The notes beneath the pieces were generated by a model, which made no database searches, had not been told where the DNA came from, and saw nothing but the letters and a program-made list of their open reading frames with translations. A program made the position numbers and the translations under genes. From Lytechinus pictus (Eukaryota): a stretch of DNA of 64,000 nt. Positions 50,701 to 61,800 of the stretch are shown here, piece after piece (within the stretch, counting starts at the first letter, position 1; the number at the start of each line of letters is the position of its first letter). The stretch covers positions 37,202,001-37,266,000 of the forward strand of contig NC_087245.1 in NCBI RefSeq assembly GCF_037042905.1. The letters run 5' to 3'.

Positions 50701-53700
50701 AAATGGGATTTTTGTAGTTATCTAATCAATCTCATCCTTTAACAAGTATGATATTTCCTCTTGTTTAGAACCTGTTAGTGATGCTGCTTTTACTATCACA
50801 AGTGAAATAAAACAATATTTACAACCATTTAATCATTTGATAGCAGCATCTCAATATCTGCTATCATTAGACCATGCTGAACCCTATCTCTACCCTAATG
50901 TATCCCACAAGCCACTAGCTGATGTCTCTCGACGGCTTTGAATTAACCGAGGTTCCTTTTTATAATGTGTTTCTAAAATGGCAATTCAAACAATTAGCTG
51001 CAGTATTAGAGTGGATGTCATTTGAAATGAGACCTTAATCTATCACATCAGAGGAAAGAGAATCTTAATAATCTCCCGATAAGTTAAAGGCATTGTTTAA
51101 AATTGATCTGACTATAAAAAAATTCACCTGTGAGGTCTGTTTTTGTTGCCTGTTTCTGTGATATGCTGTAAGACTGATGCCCTGACAAAATTGCACCTGA
51201 AAGTCAATATTTAGCACTTCAAAAGGGCCAAAAATAATATGATAAGAAACATATTTCAAATTTATTTCGTATACTGCATGTGTTACAACTAGAATCTCCA
51301 ACAACAAACGAAAATGATTTTCTATCAATCACGTCTTACAATGCCTGAAAAAAGTTGATTTTTTTTTCTTCCTGGATGCTTTTTATCTACATGAACAATA
51401 TGAAATACAATAAACATAAATGTTAAGGATATTTTCAACAAGATTTTGGATGTACTAAACTAATGTTTTTAAAAGGTTTCACAAGTCTTGACTAATAACT
51501 GCTTGATATTATCACTTGTTAATATTACTTGGATAGATTTTCAGAATGCCAGAAGTAGGTAAACTTCATCATAAGACGGTAATCTGAGCATGAATTTGCC
51601 TGTGCACTTAAACACGAGATTTATAACTTTAAATCCTTTTTCATCTCTTAAATATTTATCTTATTTCCCTTGTATCAATCCTTTTTCCCTCCCAAATTTT
51701 CTTCATTTTTTTCTTTCCTGTTATTTCTCTCCTATCTGTTTTCCTCTATTTTTCCTACCTATTTCTTACAATCTCTTTCTCTCTCACTCTTTAGCCCATC
51801 CCGATCTGTCTGTCAGTCTGACCAGCCTTTTTTTTTTCTCTCGCCCTCTCTTGATGATTCTCTCTCTCTTTCTCTGTCTCTCTTCCTCCATCAGCATGTA
51901 AGGATGTGACATCATAGAAGTCATGAGTGCTCTTGAGCTGTGCCTGTAACCTCCCTGACGTATCGGCGATGCGTCAAATTAGCAATCAACCATGAACCCT
52001 ACTACTTGATTATACGAGTGTTGGCAAAGTACTCTAGGCATTCTAGGTAAGGTTACCCTTTTTAGGTCATTTTAAAAACCTTGTTATCACATGATGTTGA
52101 GGGAATGATTAATTAAATTTCAATTTTCCCCTTTTTATACCATGTTAGAAACCTTAAAAATATCATTATCATTTCCTCTTCTTCTTCCTCCTCCTCCTCC
52201 TCTTCTTCCTCTTTCTCTTTCTCCTCCTTCTTCTTCTTCTAATGTATCCGCTGTGTACTCTTTGCATACGTGTTTCATACACTCTATATCCATCGAGCAT
52301 CCGTCCACTGTGATTTCATTGTTTGCCCATTTCGTCCATTGTCTGGAGCGGATGAAAACGGATGGAGCCACCCCAAAATTCTGCTTGTCCACTGTATCCG
52401 TTATGAATTTGTCGGCCAGTGGGACCAGGCCTATAGATAATGTAACCTAATCCACAAGACTCTAGAATCAATATCCAACCCAAGATTCTACATCACTTAA
52501 CTTTTTATTCCTGAAAACAAAGTTTCATTGATACCATGTTTACAGCTGACCGCAAGAAGGTTCCTATATCTATTGCAAATGGGATCAAAGACCCTTCTTC
52601 TGGGAACATGACGCAGCGTGGTGTCGATGTCAACATTGCAGTGAAAGGCGGCTTAGCCTCAATCCTGACTGAGGAGTTCCTAGTTAGCCGACCCTTTGTG
52701 GGTTAATCCTTTTCTCCTCCATGACGAGAATGCTGCAAGGTGTTTTTCATCTTCTCCTCCATCTCCTTGAAGACTACCAAGGCCTAACCTTGCCCCGAAC
52801 AATGAACAGCTTAGATTCCTAAGAACAACATCTCTTGAAAGCTTTCCTTACCCTTGAATAACACACTGACATTGACAGCGCCATTGTTCTGCCCACAGGA
52901 ATACTACTTCATATCAATCAGTGACAGGATGGTGGCAATCACAACACAAACAGGAAAAGGAATAAATGAATAAATTAATCAGACGGTATCAATAAGAAGG
53001 GAGGAAATGAAGAGACGAAAACCCCCCCAAAAAAGCCACCTGGGACAAAGAAACTTTGTGCAACTTTAATGTTTAATGATTTTTATATTAAAAGTCAACC
53101 AATTTTTTGTTTCATCTGACAGAATTTACCGCAGGAAGTAGAGAATTGAGTTATCCCCTGAGGTACAAGATGGAGTTCTCAAGGTTCTGTAAAAAAAAAA
53201 AATCACCCACTTTGTACTTTTCACTACAGTTAAGCAATATTTTCAGATGGGGAAAACTGTTTCATGTAGCGATTCGTCAGTGACTTCATTGACAAAATGT
53301 TATAAGTTACTGAAATCCTTGTATCTGACTGGCTAAGAGCAAATCTGTCAGTAAACAACACATAAGGGACATATTCCTCTGCTCTCCTTGGCTTCATTAC
53401 ACAAAGGTTGGCAATCGATTGCGATGATCACTCCTCACTTGTAGTTATTGTTCTGAATAAAACTGGTATGCAATAATAATCTTGACCGGCCACTTAGCAA
53501 CTGACTGTAAACCGCGGTGTCATGCAGGCGGCGTGGTCTAGTGGTTACGACTCTCTTTCAGTCAAAAGGACGTGGTTTCAAATCCCAGCATGGTGTGTCT
53601 TCCTTCAGGAAGAAATCGATCCACACTGTGCTGCACTCGACCTAGGTGAGCTGAATGGGTATCTGCTAGGATTAATTCCTTGAACGTTTATTTGGCCTAT

Positions 53701-56700
53701 GTGGCAGCTCAGCCACAGCCGGAGTAATAATATGATACCAAGTATCAAGCGCAGTAGAGTATAAGGATATAGTAACTGTGCAATATAATAATATTATTAT
53801 TATTGTTATCCAGAGGCCTGTGACACAAAGCTCAGCAATCATCGTAGAACATTTTTTTTACGTTTGATTGCATTGACTGTAATGTACAATCAATCATAAA
53901 AATCAAGCATAATAATAATAATAGGCATTTGTATAGCGCCATCTATCTAGAAACAATCTATTCCTATTCCGAGGCACATTGTTATTATTATTATTACCCC
54001 GGCTTTAGCTCGAGCTGCCTTTCAGCACTCGTGCATTCAAGGAATTAATCCTGCCGGGTACCCATTCACCTCACCTGGGTCGAATGCAGCACAGTGTGGA
54101 TGAATTTCTTGCTGAAGGAAAACACGTCATGGCTAGGATTCAAACCTACGACCCTCTCGTTTGAAAGGCGAGAGTCAGAACCACTTGACAGCGATGCGCC
54201 CACATACCTGGAGGGTGAAATCTTCACAAACCCTTCAACCTACCTCGCTTGAAGGTCCTTGATGAGTTTCTTGGCTTTGTGATATTTCTTCTCCAGACCG
54301 GCATGCTGTTCTCTCGAATCGTTGAGGGCGTTCTTCATGCTGTCAATCTCCGTCTGTATCTTCTCCAGCCCGGACTCCAGGACGGCCATCCGTCGATCCT
54401 GAGCTTCTATGTGGTTCTTCAAACGCTTCTCCTCCGCCTCCCAGCCCTGTGCCTGCAGAGCCTGCAAACAAAAACAAAACTTCAGTTTTCTAGATTCACG
54501 CCATTGAGAGGAAAGATGAAAAATATTCAGTGATATATGCCATATTACTTGCTCCCATTACATTCTTCTTCAGAAGTCAATCCTGAAACCACAGAAGCCC
54601 TAGGAATCTCTAATCAAATAAAAACTAGTGAGGAAATACCTTTTCTCAGAAAGAGAGGAGTTTCAATTGGAAAAGGGCACAAATATGTATGCATATTCAG
54701 TATATACCACATAATCTTGTAACAAGTCAATGATATCTACAGCTGTGTCAAGAGATAAATGTGCACAGCAAATTACATGTAGCTTTTCTGCCCAGGATTA
54801 TTTATCTTATGGTCTTTAATTTTAATCTTGTCAATATTAAACGTATATTCCTTTATTTTTTGTTTGTGTATGTATAGCAATTGCATTGCTTTATTACTCG
54901 AATATATATGTCATTGTATGTATGGTAATTGACTATGTTTAAGTATTCCAGCTGTTGGATTAATTAATGTCATTTTTTCATTTTTATTATCATTATTTTG
55001 TATTTCCAACTTTAGTAGGCTGGTTTACCTCATTTGTATTCTGATAATACTTTACACAATACATTTCCTTCCTTTGTTTGTTAAATGTATATATATTAAT
55101 TAATATTAATGTATGTTACTTAATTGTTTTGTAAAGTGCTTAGAAACACCATGTATTAAGCGCTTTATAAATACATTATATCATTATTATTATTATCAGG
55201 GTCAAGTTCTCTTTTTTTACCAAGTTGATTTCATCATTTAAAAATGCTCCAGAAGTTTTAGCCTCAGGAATCACAATCTGGTGTAAGATTTGGTTGGGTG
55301 AGTCATGACCGAATGTTTAAATAGTTGGCTGGTCATGCAAGAATCTCCACATTTTCATTGGTTGTCAAGGCCATTGAATGTAGGTACCTGGGTGATCATC
55401 TCTAACAAAAGCCAACAGGAAGGAAACCATTTAGCAGTTCATTGGGTTTGAAGGCTACCTACCTGGATCTTAAGATTTGGTATTTCAGCCTCAGCCATGG
55501 CAAGTTTGTACTGAGTCTCCTTGAGTTTGATCCTGAGGTTGGAGTAGTCTTCAGCCGTAGCTTCCGATGGAGAGACCACCGAGCTTCCACCGCCACTGCT
55601 CAGGGTGTCGTCAAGGTCGAAGGTACCCTGGATCAGCTGACTGTCATCGGGGGATTCCCCAGGCATCTCTACCGATGGTGTATCCTCTTCAGGTGAAGGC
55701 TGGTGGTGAAGAGAACAAAAAAGAAAGAATCTATAAATGTGGCAAGAACACTGAGTTTCACAACTGCTTTGAACTTTTTTGTACATGTTTTTCCATAGAC
55801 TTATAGTCATGATTAACTTTACAATTGATCATACATTTTACAGGGACCAGGATGTGATGACGAGGCATCGTTCAACTTGATCACGACATCAAAAAGGTCA
55901 CCGGCAAAAATTATGGAACTCTACTCCACCAGTACGTCTACAGAGTAAAGTAAAAACAAGCGTGTAAAGACTCCCACAGTGTTGAATAATAGAGAGGTTA
56001 ATAAAATGAATGATGCATTAATTCCACGGCCTTTAAAAAACAAGAGGTACAGGATACTTGATTTGACCAAGTAAAAGAATAAAATGTGGGTGTAGGTTTT
56101 ATTTTTGTAATATATTTTATATACAAAAATAAAAGGAATTCAAGCCTCGTTTATTTCATTCAATCTATTGATCTGAATTTGAGTTATAACTACACTAACT
56201 CTGCCATCTCCTAAAAAAGAACTGGAAACGACGATGGCAATGATTTTTTTTCCTCCGTAGACAATAAAGAGAATGGCTGTTGACGACAAGTCGTGGGAAA
56301 GATGCACAAAGGTCTATGAAATATAGGGGCAAATTCAAAGAAAATGACGTAAATACGGTAAGAGAAGACAGGAAATTGGAAAAGAGGGAAAAAACCAGCA
56401 GAGAGTAAATAATAATCAAGAGAAAAATAATGCCGTCTAGAGAAACAGAGGATATTACAAATATCAACTGACTTATAGATATATTAATTTGTCTCAGGCA
56501 GAATTTTTTTTCACTTTTTTTTTATAGAACATCCGAACAAAGTTCTTCATCATATTTTTGAGGGGGGGAAAAAAAATCAACTTTCATCTAACTTTCAATA
56601 TACACTCATAGCATGCAAGTAAATTTTTTTAGAGTTACATGGATAAATAAGATTTTTTTAAATCTAAATTACTAAACTAGTTAAAAGCTTGTTTAAACAC

Positions 56701-58411
56701 AGCACAACAAACGTCTTCAACATTATAATAATTGTCCGCCTTGTATCAGGAACGTTCATATTGTGTGGAAATTCTCAACAACAAAAAAATTGTCATTAAA
56801 TGTTATACAGAAAACCTTATAACATTGCAATTTTGCAATACCTTGGATCGGTCGAAAGCTAATTTGTAGCCTGACTATGAAAAAAGGGTATGTTGTCATA
56901 GTAACAATTTCTTATGTACGTTCATTTCCAATTTACAGGGTACTTTAATTGTCATTGAGCTTTGTTACAAAGGCTAGTTTTATGCCCGAAAGGTCTTGAA
57001 TGATTCAATCCAAGAAACCGTTAGTGAAGCTGTTGGTGTTTAAAAAGGGCCGTCTGCACCAGCCCGAATTTTCAAATTAGCGCGCTATTTATGATCCGAC
57101 AAATTACCCTGATCTGAACAATCTCGAGATTATTTGTAATAGAGACGCAATTATCGCACTAGTTCGCAGGATCAATCTCGAGGTTGCAATCCCAAGTCAA
57201 CTTGGGATTATTTGCAAAATAGCGTGCTATTTTACGAATTATCCCGCTAATTCGAAGGTGCAGACGCACTTGGGATTATTTATTGCTGGTACAGCACCGC
57301 CTTATGATTACATATCTATTATGTTTCCATGACATTCGACCCTTTGACAATTGCTCCTTCTAAAAATACAAACGTCAAAGCCAAACGTAGACCTGAGCTT
57401 CAAACCTTACATTAACCTTCATCCCAATCCTCACATGATTCTGAACCAAAAATCCTTTTACAATCCTAACTTTCCCCTATATCTTTACAGAAATTAGCGG
57501 AGGAGCATTTATTGTAAGAGCAAACGTTGTGTTACCCAAATGCAATGTCATTGTATTTCTTTTTTTCCTGTTGGAAATGAAATAAACATACAGTGGTGCT
57601 CAAAAGTTAGTGAAAACCCCACCTGAAAATTAACGTATTTTAAGTGTACAAGTTCTACTATGTTTTAGATATTTAATTGTGAAGTCAGGTAAAGAAATAG
57701 TACATTCAATTAAGTTTGTTTCTCTGGGTAGTGTTGTTGTCTACATTCAACACTCAGCATGAAGGAGTGCATTTTGTGGTGGGGTTCATTAATATGCTTT
57801 TCACACTGCACATATTTTCCTTAAACCCTGGAAATTGGTGGGATTAAGAGCCCCCCCCCCCCCCTTAGCCCACTTCGTTTTCACACTACGTTTTAGCAAA
57901 GTGGGTTAGCACGGTAAATAGTACGGTACTATCTGGCCCTGCAAAAAAAACAGGGTTAGCCGGCTTATTGCCATGCTAGCACCACAATTGCGGTGCTAAG
58001 AGACGCAGAGTGAAACGAAACCGCGCTAAAGAAAAGTGGGGCTAAGCATTAGCCAATCACAGTGGTCGATATTGCATGTTAATCACGCTCTGTGTGGCAA
58101 AATCATCAATATTCCTTAGCTGTGCGATAGTCCGGGATTAAGGTGTTAACCCCGTCTAAGCAAATTGTATGGGGTTAAGAAAGACAGTGTGAACCAAAAA
58201 AAGATAGTATGGGGTTAAGGATAATATGAGGTTAATGTATATCTTAAATTTGAATTGAAATGAGTATCATACCACTGGTTGTTTATTAACAGGAGGAGGA
58301 GGCGGAGCAGGATGAGATGGAGGAGCACTGATCCGATCCCGGTTGAGAGATTGATTGATGAGAGCTGCCACCTCGCTGTTTTCGCTGTCCTTCTCTCGAC
58401 CAATCAGAAAC
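16353..58411 (-). CDS. PPP1R9A: Neurabin-1/spinophilin-family PP1 regulatory scaffold, 3' part (15 core exons, 5' end outside window)
   Basis: Exons join in frame through canonical GT-AG sites (2434 nt including stop). Segments match remembered neurabin motifs: PDZ end RFLIGREKDSENSEVAALINQSL, KLKETQYKLAMAEAEI, LEKKYHKAKKLIKD, PETSRLDTS...RRSRPS, SAM VWDWNTTHVSQWL and a KKKVKELK tail. Confidence 0.93.
16560..16830 (-). mobile_element. tRNA-derived SINE in the last intron
   Basis: Similar to 53910-54200; A-box-like GGTCTAGTGGTT on the minus strand. Confidence 0.75.
17237..17410 (-). CDS. PPP1R9A: Neurabin exon, SAM domain (174 nt, phase 0 to 0)
   Basis: attcctcag|GATGAA...TTAAAG|gtcagt; DEPVQKPHHIDERPVWDWNTTHVSQWLMANNLAQYINDFSANSINGQALLQLDGAKLK, a typical SAM pattern. 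Confidence 0.94.
17971..18092 (-). CDS. PPP1R9A: Neurabin exon with basic patch (122 nt, phase 1 to 0)
   Basis: ttttcttag|AAGAAA...GCACAA|gtgagt; (E)EKRHMFSASSTDYLASMPASELGGGKKKKKGKYSISGPAQ. Confidence 0.87.
18248..18490. mobile_element. hAT-like MITE
   Basis: CAGGGGCGGATCCA ... TGGATCCACCCCTG; TSD not clear. Confidence 0.65.
20055..21025. mobile_element. Cluster of related CCAAT-containing MITE copies
   Basis: Repeated gcatttcatgaaaggacttgtc and cagccaatcaaaatcaagga blocks in both orientations. Confidence 0.7.
21042..21173 (-). CDS. PPP1R9A: Neurabin exon, poly-Ser, symmetric (132 nt, phase 1 to 1)
   Basis: ccccaaag|GTGGTG...CAAG|gtatga; GGGVRVLSRSAPKLSSSSSLSSSTWSSSSSSSLSSFPSDDEGEQ. Confidence 0.75.
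22293..22504 (-). CDS. PPP1R9A: Neurabin exon, Ser-rich (212 nt, phase 2 to 1)
   Basis: tttcttcag|GTTACAG...CAAG|gtagct; LQQPNTSAHIESSPSSSSPEG...SSDEPPMFPQ, open frame read manually. Confidence 0.82.
22575..22760 (-). mobile_element. SINE with Nin/Deu-like core
   Basis: Minus strand has B-box GGTTCGAGCCC followed by CGTCTTTCGGATGGTGACGTTAAAGGTCGGTCCC and a short-repeat tail. Confidence 0.6.
23592..23717 (-). CDS. PPP1R9A: Neurabin exon, symmetric (126 nt, phase 2 to 2)
   Basis: tgtatacag|AGAACC...CTAAG|gtaagc; EPDTSTDHIATGYQSPPSPVPAPVVTATTSSSGLPPAMPIL(R). Confidence 0.85.
23876..24298. mobile_element. Two adjacent related MITEs sharing a CTG junction
   Basis: ggtgtttcacaaa...ttgtgaaa(a)caccccc occurs twice, head to tail. 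Confidence 0.65.
25437..25451 (-). CDS. PPP1R9A: Candidate 15-nt microexon (phase 2 to 2)
   Basis: gaatttag|CCGACACTATTTCCC|gtaagt; preserves frame and reads RHYF plus split codons. Confidence 0.5.
26490..26740. repeat. (TAC)n microsatellite
   Basis: Direct inspection. Confidence 0.95.
27734..27760 (-). CDS. PPP1R9A: Candidate 27-nt microexon (phase 2 to 2)
   Basis: tttatacag|AATCTACTACAACCCGTGGATAAGAAG|gtaaaa; preserves frame and adds IYYNPWIRR. Confidence 0.55.
28682..28923 (-). CDS. PPP1R9A: Neurabin exon, Pro/Ser-rich (242 nt, phase 0 to 2)
   Basis: ttccaattag|CTCATG...GGAAAA|gtgagt; LMDELVPTKEGSSPPIVAKKP...SPKLGRPLVTE(K). Confidence 0.88.
29750..29902 (-). CDS. PPP1R9A: Neurabin exon with SAMD14/neurabin-1 capping-protein-binding-like motif (153 nt, phase 0 to 0)
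   Basis: aactcccag|GTGTTT...ACTGAG|gttggt; VFSALMPETSRLDTSVERSKIALVTGPDSKMGRRSRPSLSHLRERAQSSTE. Confidence 0.88.
30115..30395 (+). mobile_element. tRNA-derived SINE
   Basis: B-box GTTCGAATCCC, core caggtgctaattgggtacc, tail aagcgctttg...(ATT)n. Confidence 0.8.
30713..30912 (-). CDS. PPP1R9A: Neurabin exon, acidic linker (200 nt, phase 1 to 0)
   Basis: tttttccag|CACCCC...AATGAT|gttagt; (A)PLRSAPPSHIEDQEEEEDD...YHISGLPDEDEEEEEEEEKEQQEVGSDLVND. Confidence 0.87.
30936..32106. repeat. G-rich 22-24-bp minisatellite (GGGCTTGATCAGGGTGTGGTGGTT)
   Basis: About 45-50 units, with a 72-bp higher-order period at 30960-31270 and a block duplicated about 415 bp apart. Confidence 0.95.
33915..34222. mobile_element. 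MITE with 18-bp perfect TIR
   Basis: GGCCCGTATTCTGAAGTC / GACTTCAGAATACGGGCC; flanks TAA and TAT. Confidence 0.8.
35770..36235. repeat. ~84-bp tandem repeat, about 6 units
   Basis: ctcagtgtcttttacag at about 35777, 35861, 35945, 36030, 36110 and 36195. Confidence 0.9.
38252..38350 (-). CDS. PPP1R9A: Neurabin exon, symmetric and possibly a cassette (99 nt, phase 1 to 1)
   Basis: cattttag|ATGAAG...CGAAG|gtatgc; (D)EDVVLLRQAQVPSFEAILEAQGKELVVDETSE. Confidence 0.75.
38585..38870. repeat. (GAT)n imperfect microsatellite
   Basis: Direct inspection; explains the poly-M/H/I ORFs. Confidence 0.95.
40052..40169 (-). CDS. PPP1R9A: Neurabin exon, end of coiled coil (118 nt, phase 0 to 1)
   Basis: tctcttcag|ATACAA...GGTG|gtaagt; IQQLELSVSGQNKLTNGWTASASRGEIVGDSPSSSPDNG. 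Not in the ORF track; read manually. Confidence 0.88.
41016..41279 (+). mobile_element. ~270-bp Harbinger-like MITE, copy 1 (left TIR partly deleted)
   Basis: Colinear with 50248-50517; CWG flanks. Confidence 0.8.
41628..42109. mobile_element. Harbinger-like non-autonomous element
   Basis: TIR GGTGGTTTCAGACCGCCTCGA / TCGAGGCGGTTTGAAACCACC; flanks CTA and TAA. Confidence 0.8.
45185..45281 (-). CDS. PPP1R9A: Neurabin exon, coiled coil (97 nt, phase 2 to 0)
   Basis: gcattacag|GGAAGAG...GCAAGG|gtaagt; EEELEEKERLQKQIEMDKDERHAKEVEHLQAR. Confidence 0.92.
47116..47359 (-). mobile_element. ~270-bp Harbinger-like MITE, copy 2 (inverted)
   Basis: TIR GGTCCCGTCTTACAAAGAGTTGCG / CGCAACTCTTTGTAAGATGGGGCC; interior is the reverse complement of copies 1 and 3. 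Confidence 0.8.
49121..49540. repeat. 66-bp tandem repeat, about 6 units
   Basis: ggatgacgtc at 49167, 49233, 49299, 49365, 49442 and 49512. Confidence 0.95.
50025..50220 (+). mobile_element. Degenerate tRNA-derived SINE
   Basis: tggtctagtgg A box, gggttctaatcc B box, ggcaaggcatt core. Confidence 0.65.
50248..50517 (+). mobile_element. ~270-bp Harbinger-like MITE, copy 3
   Basis: CAG|GGCCACGTCTTACAAAGAGTTACG...CGTAACTCTTCGTAAGACGGGGCC|CAG. Confidence 0.85.
53526..53808 (+). mobile_element. tRNA-derived SINE
   Basis: gcgtggtctagtggtt A box, ggtttcaaatccc B box, (ATT)n tail. Confidence 0.8.
53910..54200 (-). mobile_element. tRNA-derived SINE, inverted partner of 53526-53808
   Basis: Reverse-complement similarity over head and core; (AAT)n tail at 53910. 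Confidence 0.8.
54244..54461 (-). CDS. PPP1R9A: Neurabin exon, coiled coil (218 nt, phase 0 to 2)
   Basis: tgtttgcag|GCTCTG...GCGAG|gtaggt; ALQAQGWEAEEKRL...LEKKYHKAKKLIKDLQA(R). Confidence 0.93.
55463..55699 (-). CDS. PPP1R9A: Neurabin exon, start of coiled coil (237 nt, phase 0 to 0)
   Basis: caccaccag|CCTTCA...ATCCAG|gtaggt; PSPEEDTPS...LRIKLKETQYKLAMAEAEIPNLKIQ. Confidence 0.92.
57591..57792. mobile_element. Tc1/mariner-type MITE, same family as 12351-12580, right end interrupted
   Basis: Reverse-complement similarity, e.g. gaaggagtgcattttgtggtggggttca. Confidence 0.75.
58273..58411 (-). CDS. PPP1R9A: Neurabin exon, end of PDZ domain plus Pro-rich linker (139 nt, phase 2 to 0)
   Basis: tttatgcag|GTTTCTG...CCAGTG|gtatga; (R)FLIGREKDSENSEVAALINQSLNRDRISAPPSHPAPPPPPVNKQPV. 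Confidence 0.92.
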
Positions 58412-58549
58412 CTGCATAAAGAGATTTGAAAATAAACAACATATCTTATTAATAATTGATATTTACACACAAAGATACATCATACAAACTATTATAAGGT
58501 ACAGCGTTAAAAAAAAAGTCAGAGAGACGAGTCTGAAGTTCATGGTGGA

Positions 58550-58880
58550 ATCCGGAAAGCGTCTTTTCATCACTAAATTCACAGATTCATCATAGACATT
58601 AACAATGTGGAATGAAGGGGAAGCCCTGAATCCTGTAATGAAGGTACTAAGCATCTTTTTCATCGGCTTTCTCGCATAACCCAATGTTTTGTCTATGATC
58701 GATCTGAGAATTAGTGATGAAAAGACGCTTGCAGGACACCTTAATTAACACATTCATCATAGACATCAACAACGTGGAATGCAGGGAAAGTCCCTGAATC
58801 CGACGATAAAGGAAGCATCTTTTACAGCATTGCTTGTCTTTGATAAATGAGAAAATTAGTGATGAAAAGACGCTTCTCTG
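58550..58880. mobile_element. MITE with partial tandem duplication of its right part
   Basis: AAGCGTCTTTTCATCACTAA is inverted to TTAGTGATGAAAAGACGCTT, and the latter occurs twice. Confidence 0.65.
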
Positions 58881-61800
58881 ACTTCTGGTAAGGTGCTTGG
58901 ACAGACTTCAATCAAGATTTACATAAAACAACAACAACAAAGAAAGGATTATTTGTCCTTTGATCAACTTCATACATAATTATCATTCCCGATAAGACGC
59001 TCTCACAAAAAATGGTCTGGAGTCAAAACAAGAAGCAGAACCCATACGAACACATATTGCAGATGAATCTATACTATTAACAGACCATAAGTGTAATATT
59101 TCAAGTCAATGAATGCAAACATGGTGATTTTTGAAGGAATTACTACACAATGGTTCCTGAATGGTATATTATATCCTAAAGAATTACAATGTATGAGTCA
59201 TCAAAGTTCTATTGTAATTTTCAAATTTACACTATTCACCAAAGGTTATATTTGAAAAAAAAAATGACCCTCTGGATAACTGGGTCATGGATATAAAGCT
59301 TTACTTAGTAGAATTGCACAAAATGAAATAAAACAAATCTGAAAATGAATTGAAGTAAAGAAAGCAATGACACGTTCAACTACATGAAGATTTGTTTTCA
59401 ACCTGTACTCCTGTAGAATTTTTTTTTCATGTGATATGGTCATATATCTATTTTGTACTGACTGTTTTTAAGTACACTATTTTCTACTGTATGGATTGAT
59501 AAAGGAATGAAGTAAAATCTTTCTGTTAATATTAACAGAAATGAAACTATATAGATCTATTTTGTAATTGACTTCCCTACCCGTTTCATAAGGGGTGGGT
59601 GCAGCCTTAACACATGGATGAACTTAAAGACGGGTGATTTATGAAAAGTTGTTTTTGCTAACAAGATAAGGAATATTACCTCAATATTCAGATCCAATAA
59701 TTGGTATTTTACATCGTAAAATGTACAAACATGTTTAGATCTTTCACCTACATTTAGATGAATATGGGAGTGGTTCTCAGCTTTATTGGATGATAAAATG
59801 TTCCCTAGACACATAAAGGACACAATGGCTTATCTTGATGTGATGCATTTAAAACTCTATCAGTAGGCGTACGCCATCATTTAATACAACATCAAAAGAT
59901 GGAAAGGACATTAGGAGTCGTCTCAAAACACCCACGTTTAAGGCTAATAATCTTTAAGGAGTCGGCTCGCTTTTCACGATTGCTTAGAGGACCAATAACA
60001 GGGATTAATAAGATATGATGCCTTGGATGAAGATGGTTTCCATGGCGATAGGAGGATGAAGGATGCCTTCCGAGATGGAGGAGGGAGAGGGAGTATGGAG
60101 AAAAATGGGACAGGTTTATATCAACGAAGGAATGAAAAGATCAGAGTTTCTTTTCACCACAGACCATGAGAGAGAGAGAAGTGGGGGGGGGGGGGGGGAG
60201 AACGAGAAAGAAAAAAATGAAAGAAAAATAAGAGAGTGAGAGTAGAGATGAAGGAGAGAAAAGATAAGAGGAAATAGTTAAGCGAGTGAGAGAGAGAGAA
60301 AGAGAAAGAAAAGACGAAGAGAGTGAAAGGGGAGTGACAGTAGAGACGAAAGAGAGAAATGATAAGAGGAAACAAAATCAAACAAGTGAGAGAGAGAGAA
60401 AGAAAAAGAGTGATAAGGGAGTGAGGATAGAGACGAAAGAGAGAAAAGAAAAGAAGAAAAAAATTCAAGTGAGCGAGCAAGAGAGAGAGAGAGAGAGAGA
60501 GAGAAAGAAGATGAAACACAACAAGAGTCGGGCTGAGCATTTTGATCACTAGGGGCAGAAACTTCAACCAAAGTACAAGAATTATGAAAAAGAAAAAAAC
60601 TAGGTGTATTTTCTCCTCCTTCCTTTGAACAAGCTTTTTTTCTTCCTCTATACGTTCCAAGGATGTGAGGGGGCAGCCATGTTTATTAAAGAGAGAAAAC
60701 GTTTCAGTTAAAGCTGATAAAAAGGACAAGGTAAAAGAGTCTTTTCAATGAGAAAGCCATTGTATATAAAACTCTTTTGAGCGTGCTCTACATTTTGATA
60801 TGAAATAAGATGCTGGAGAGCTGGTATTCCGCATCCAAGGAATCAACCCGTAATAGGCCATTTTCATTTCATTTCATCATTTTCATTTCTTTCAGTATAC
60901 GTGGGTGGTTTATTGCTGTAGTGTGTACTCAGTCCCTGAAAGTGATAAGGACGAAAATCACAACTGATAGTAAAGACATTTTATTTGGTCTCAACCTCTA
61001 TTATTGGACACACTTTTATTTCAAATGTGCTTTTAAGGAAGAAAAAGTAAATAAAAAAGAAGGTTACAGAGAGCTAGTTATTGAAGCTACATGGCAAAGG
61101 TCTGTGGCCCGTCTTTAAGCACGAATCCCTACTCATATCATGAAATACATGATATAAACTTGTTTCCTAAAGTAAAATGTGCATAGTTTTTAAGCTAAGA
61201 TGAAACAAAGCTGCAATCAAGGTTTAAATTTGGAATCTATAATCTCCAGACATTTTGTATCTTTATAATTTATGAAAATGAAGAATAAAGAAATTAATGC
61301 AAAATCAATTATATAACAAACAGAATTGTAAGATCTCCTTATGTATTGCAGTAAAAGCTAAACAAAAACGACTCGCGAGTCATAATTATATGTGAAAAAA
61401 ATATACACGGCAATTCCCGACTTGCAAAAATATCAAACAGATGTATCTAACAGATGTAAACTTGTCATGATGACGATTGATTGATACTTTATAAGAAATG
61501 TATTGTAGAACCAACATTCATACCCCTGCATCTGATTCTATCACTCGAACTCTAATAATCTCATCAAACTCTATATCTATTGATGCCTTAAATCTCCTAT
61601 ATTAAGAATTGAGGTTAATACGGCCCTAGATGTTCATGTGATAAATCAACATCCGTTATACTCTACTGAATGAATGGACTCGGCTAAACGCATTCTATTT
61701 TGGAAACAAATGGCTTGACGAGAGGCTTATGAGGATTAAACTGTTCAGTCACTCTATAAAAATTTGCAGAACAAAGTATCATTATTCCATGAAGGACTAT

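Noticed and set aside
52135..52450. ORFs as an extra exon
   Set aside because: They overlap a transposon-like end (ggccagtgggaccaggcc) and a CTT/CCT microsatellite.
52852..52884. Alternative first exon acaATGGCG...TCAAGG|gtaagg (MALSMSVCYSR)
   Set aside because: Phase 0 is incompatible with the next exon (45281, phase 2). It would need skipping to 40169, and there is no other support.
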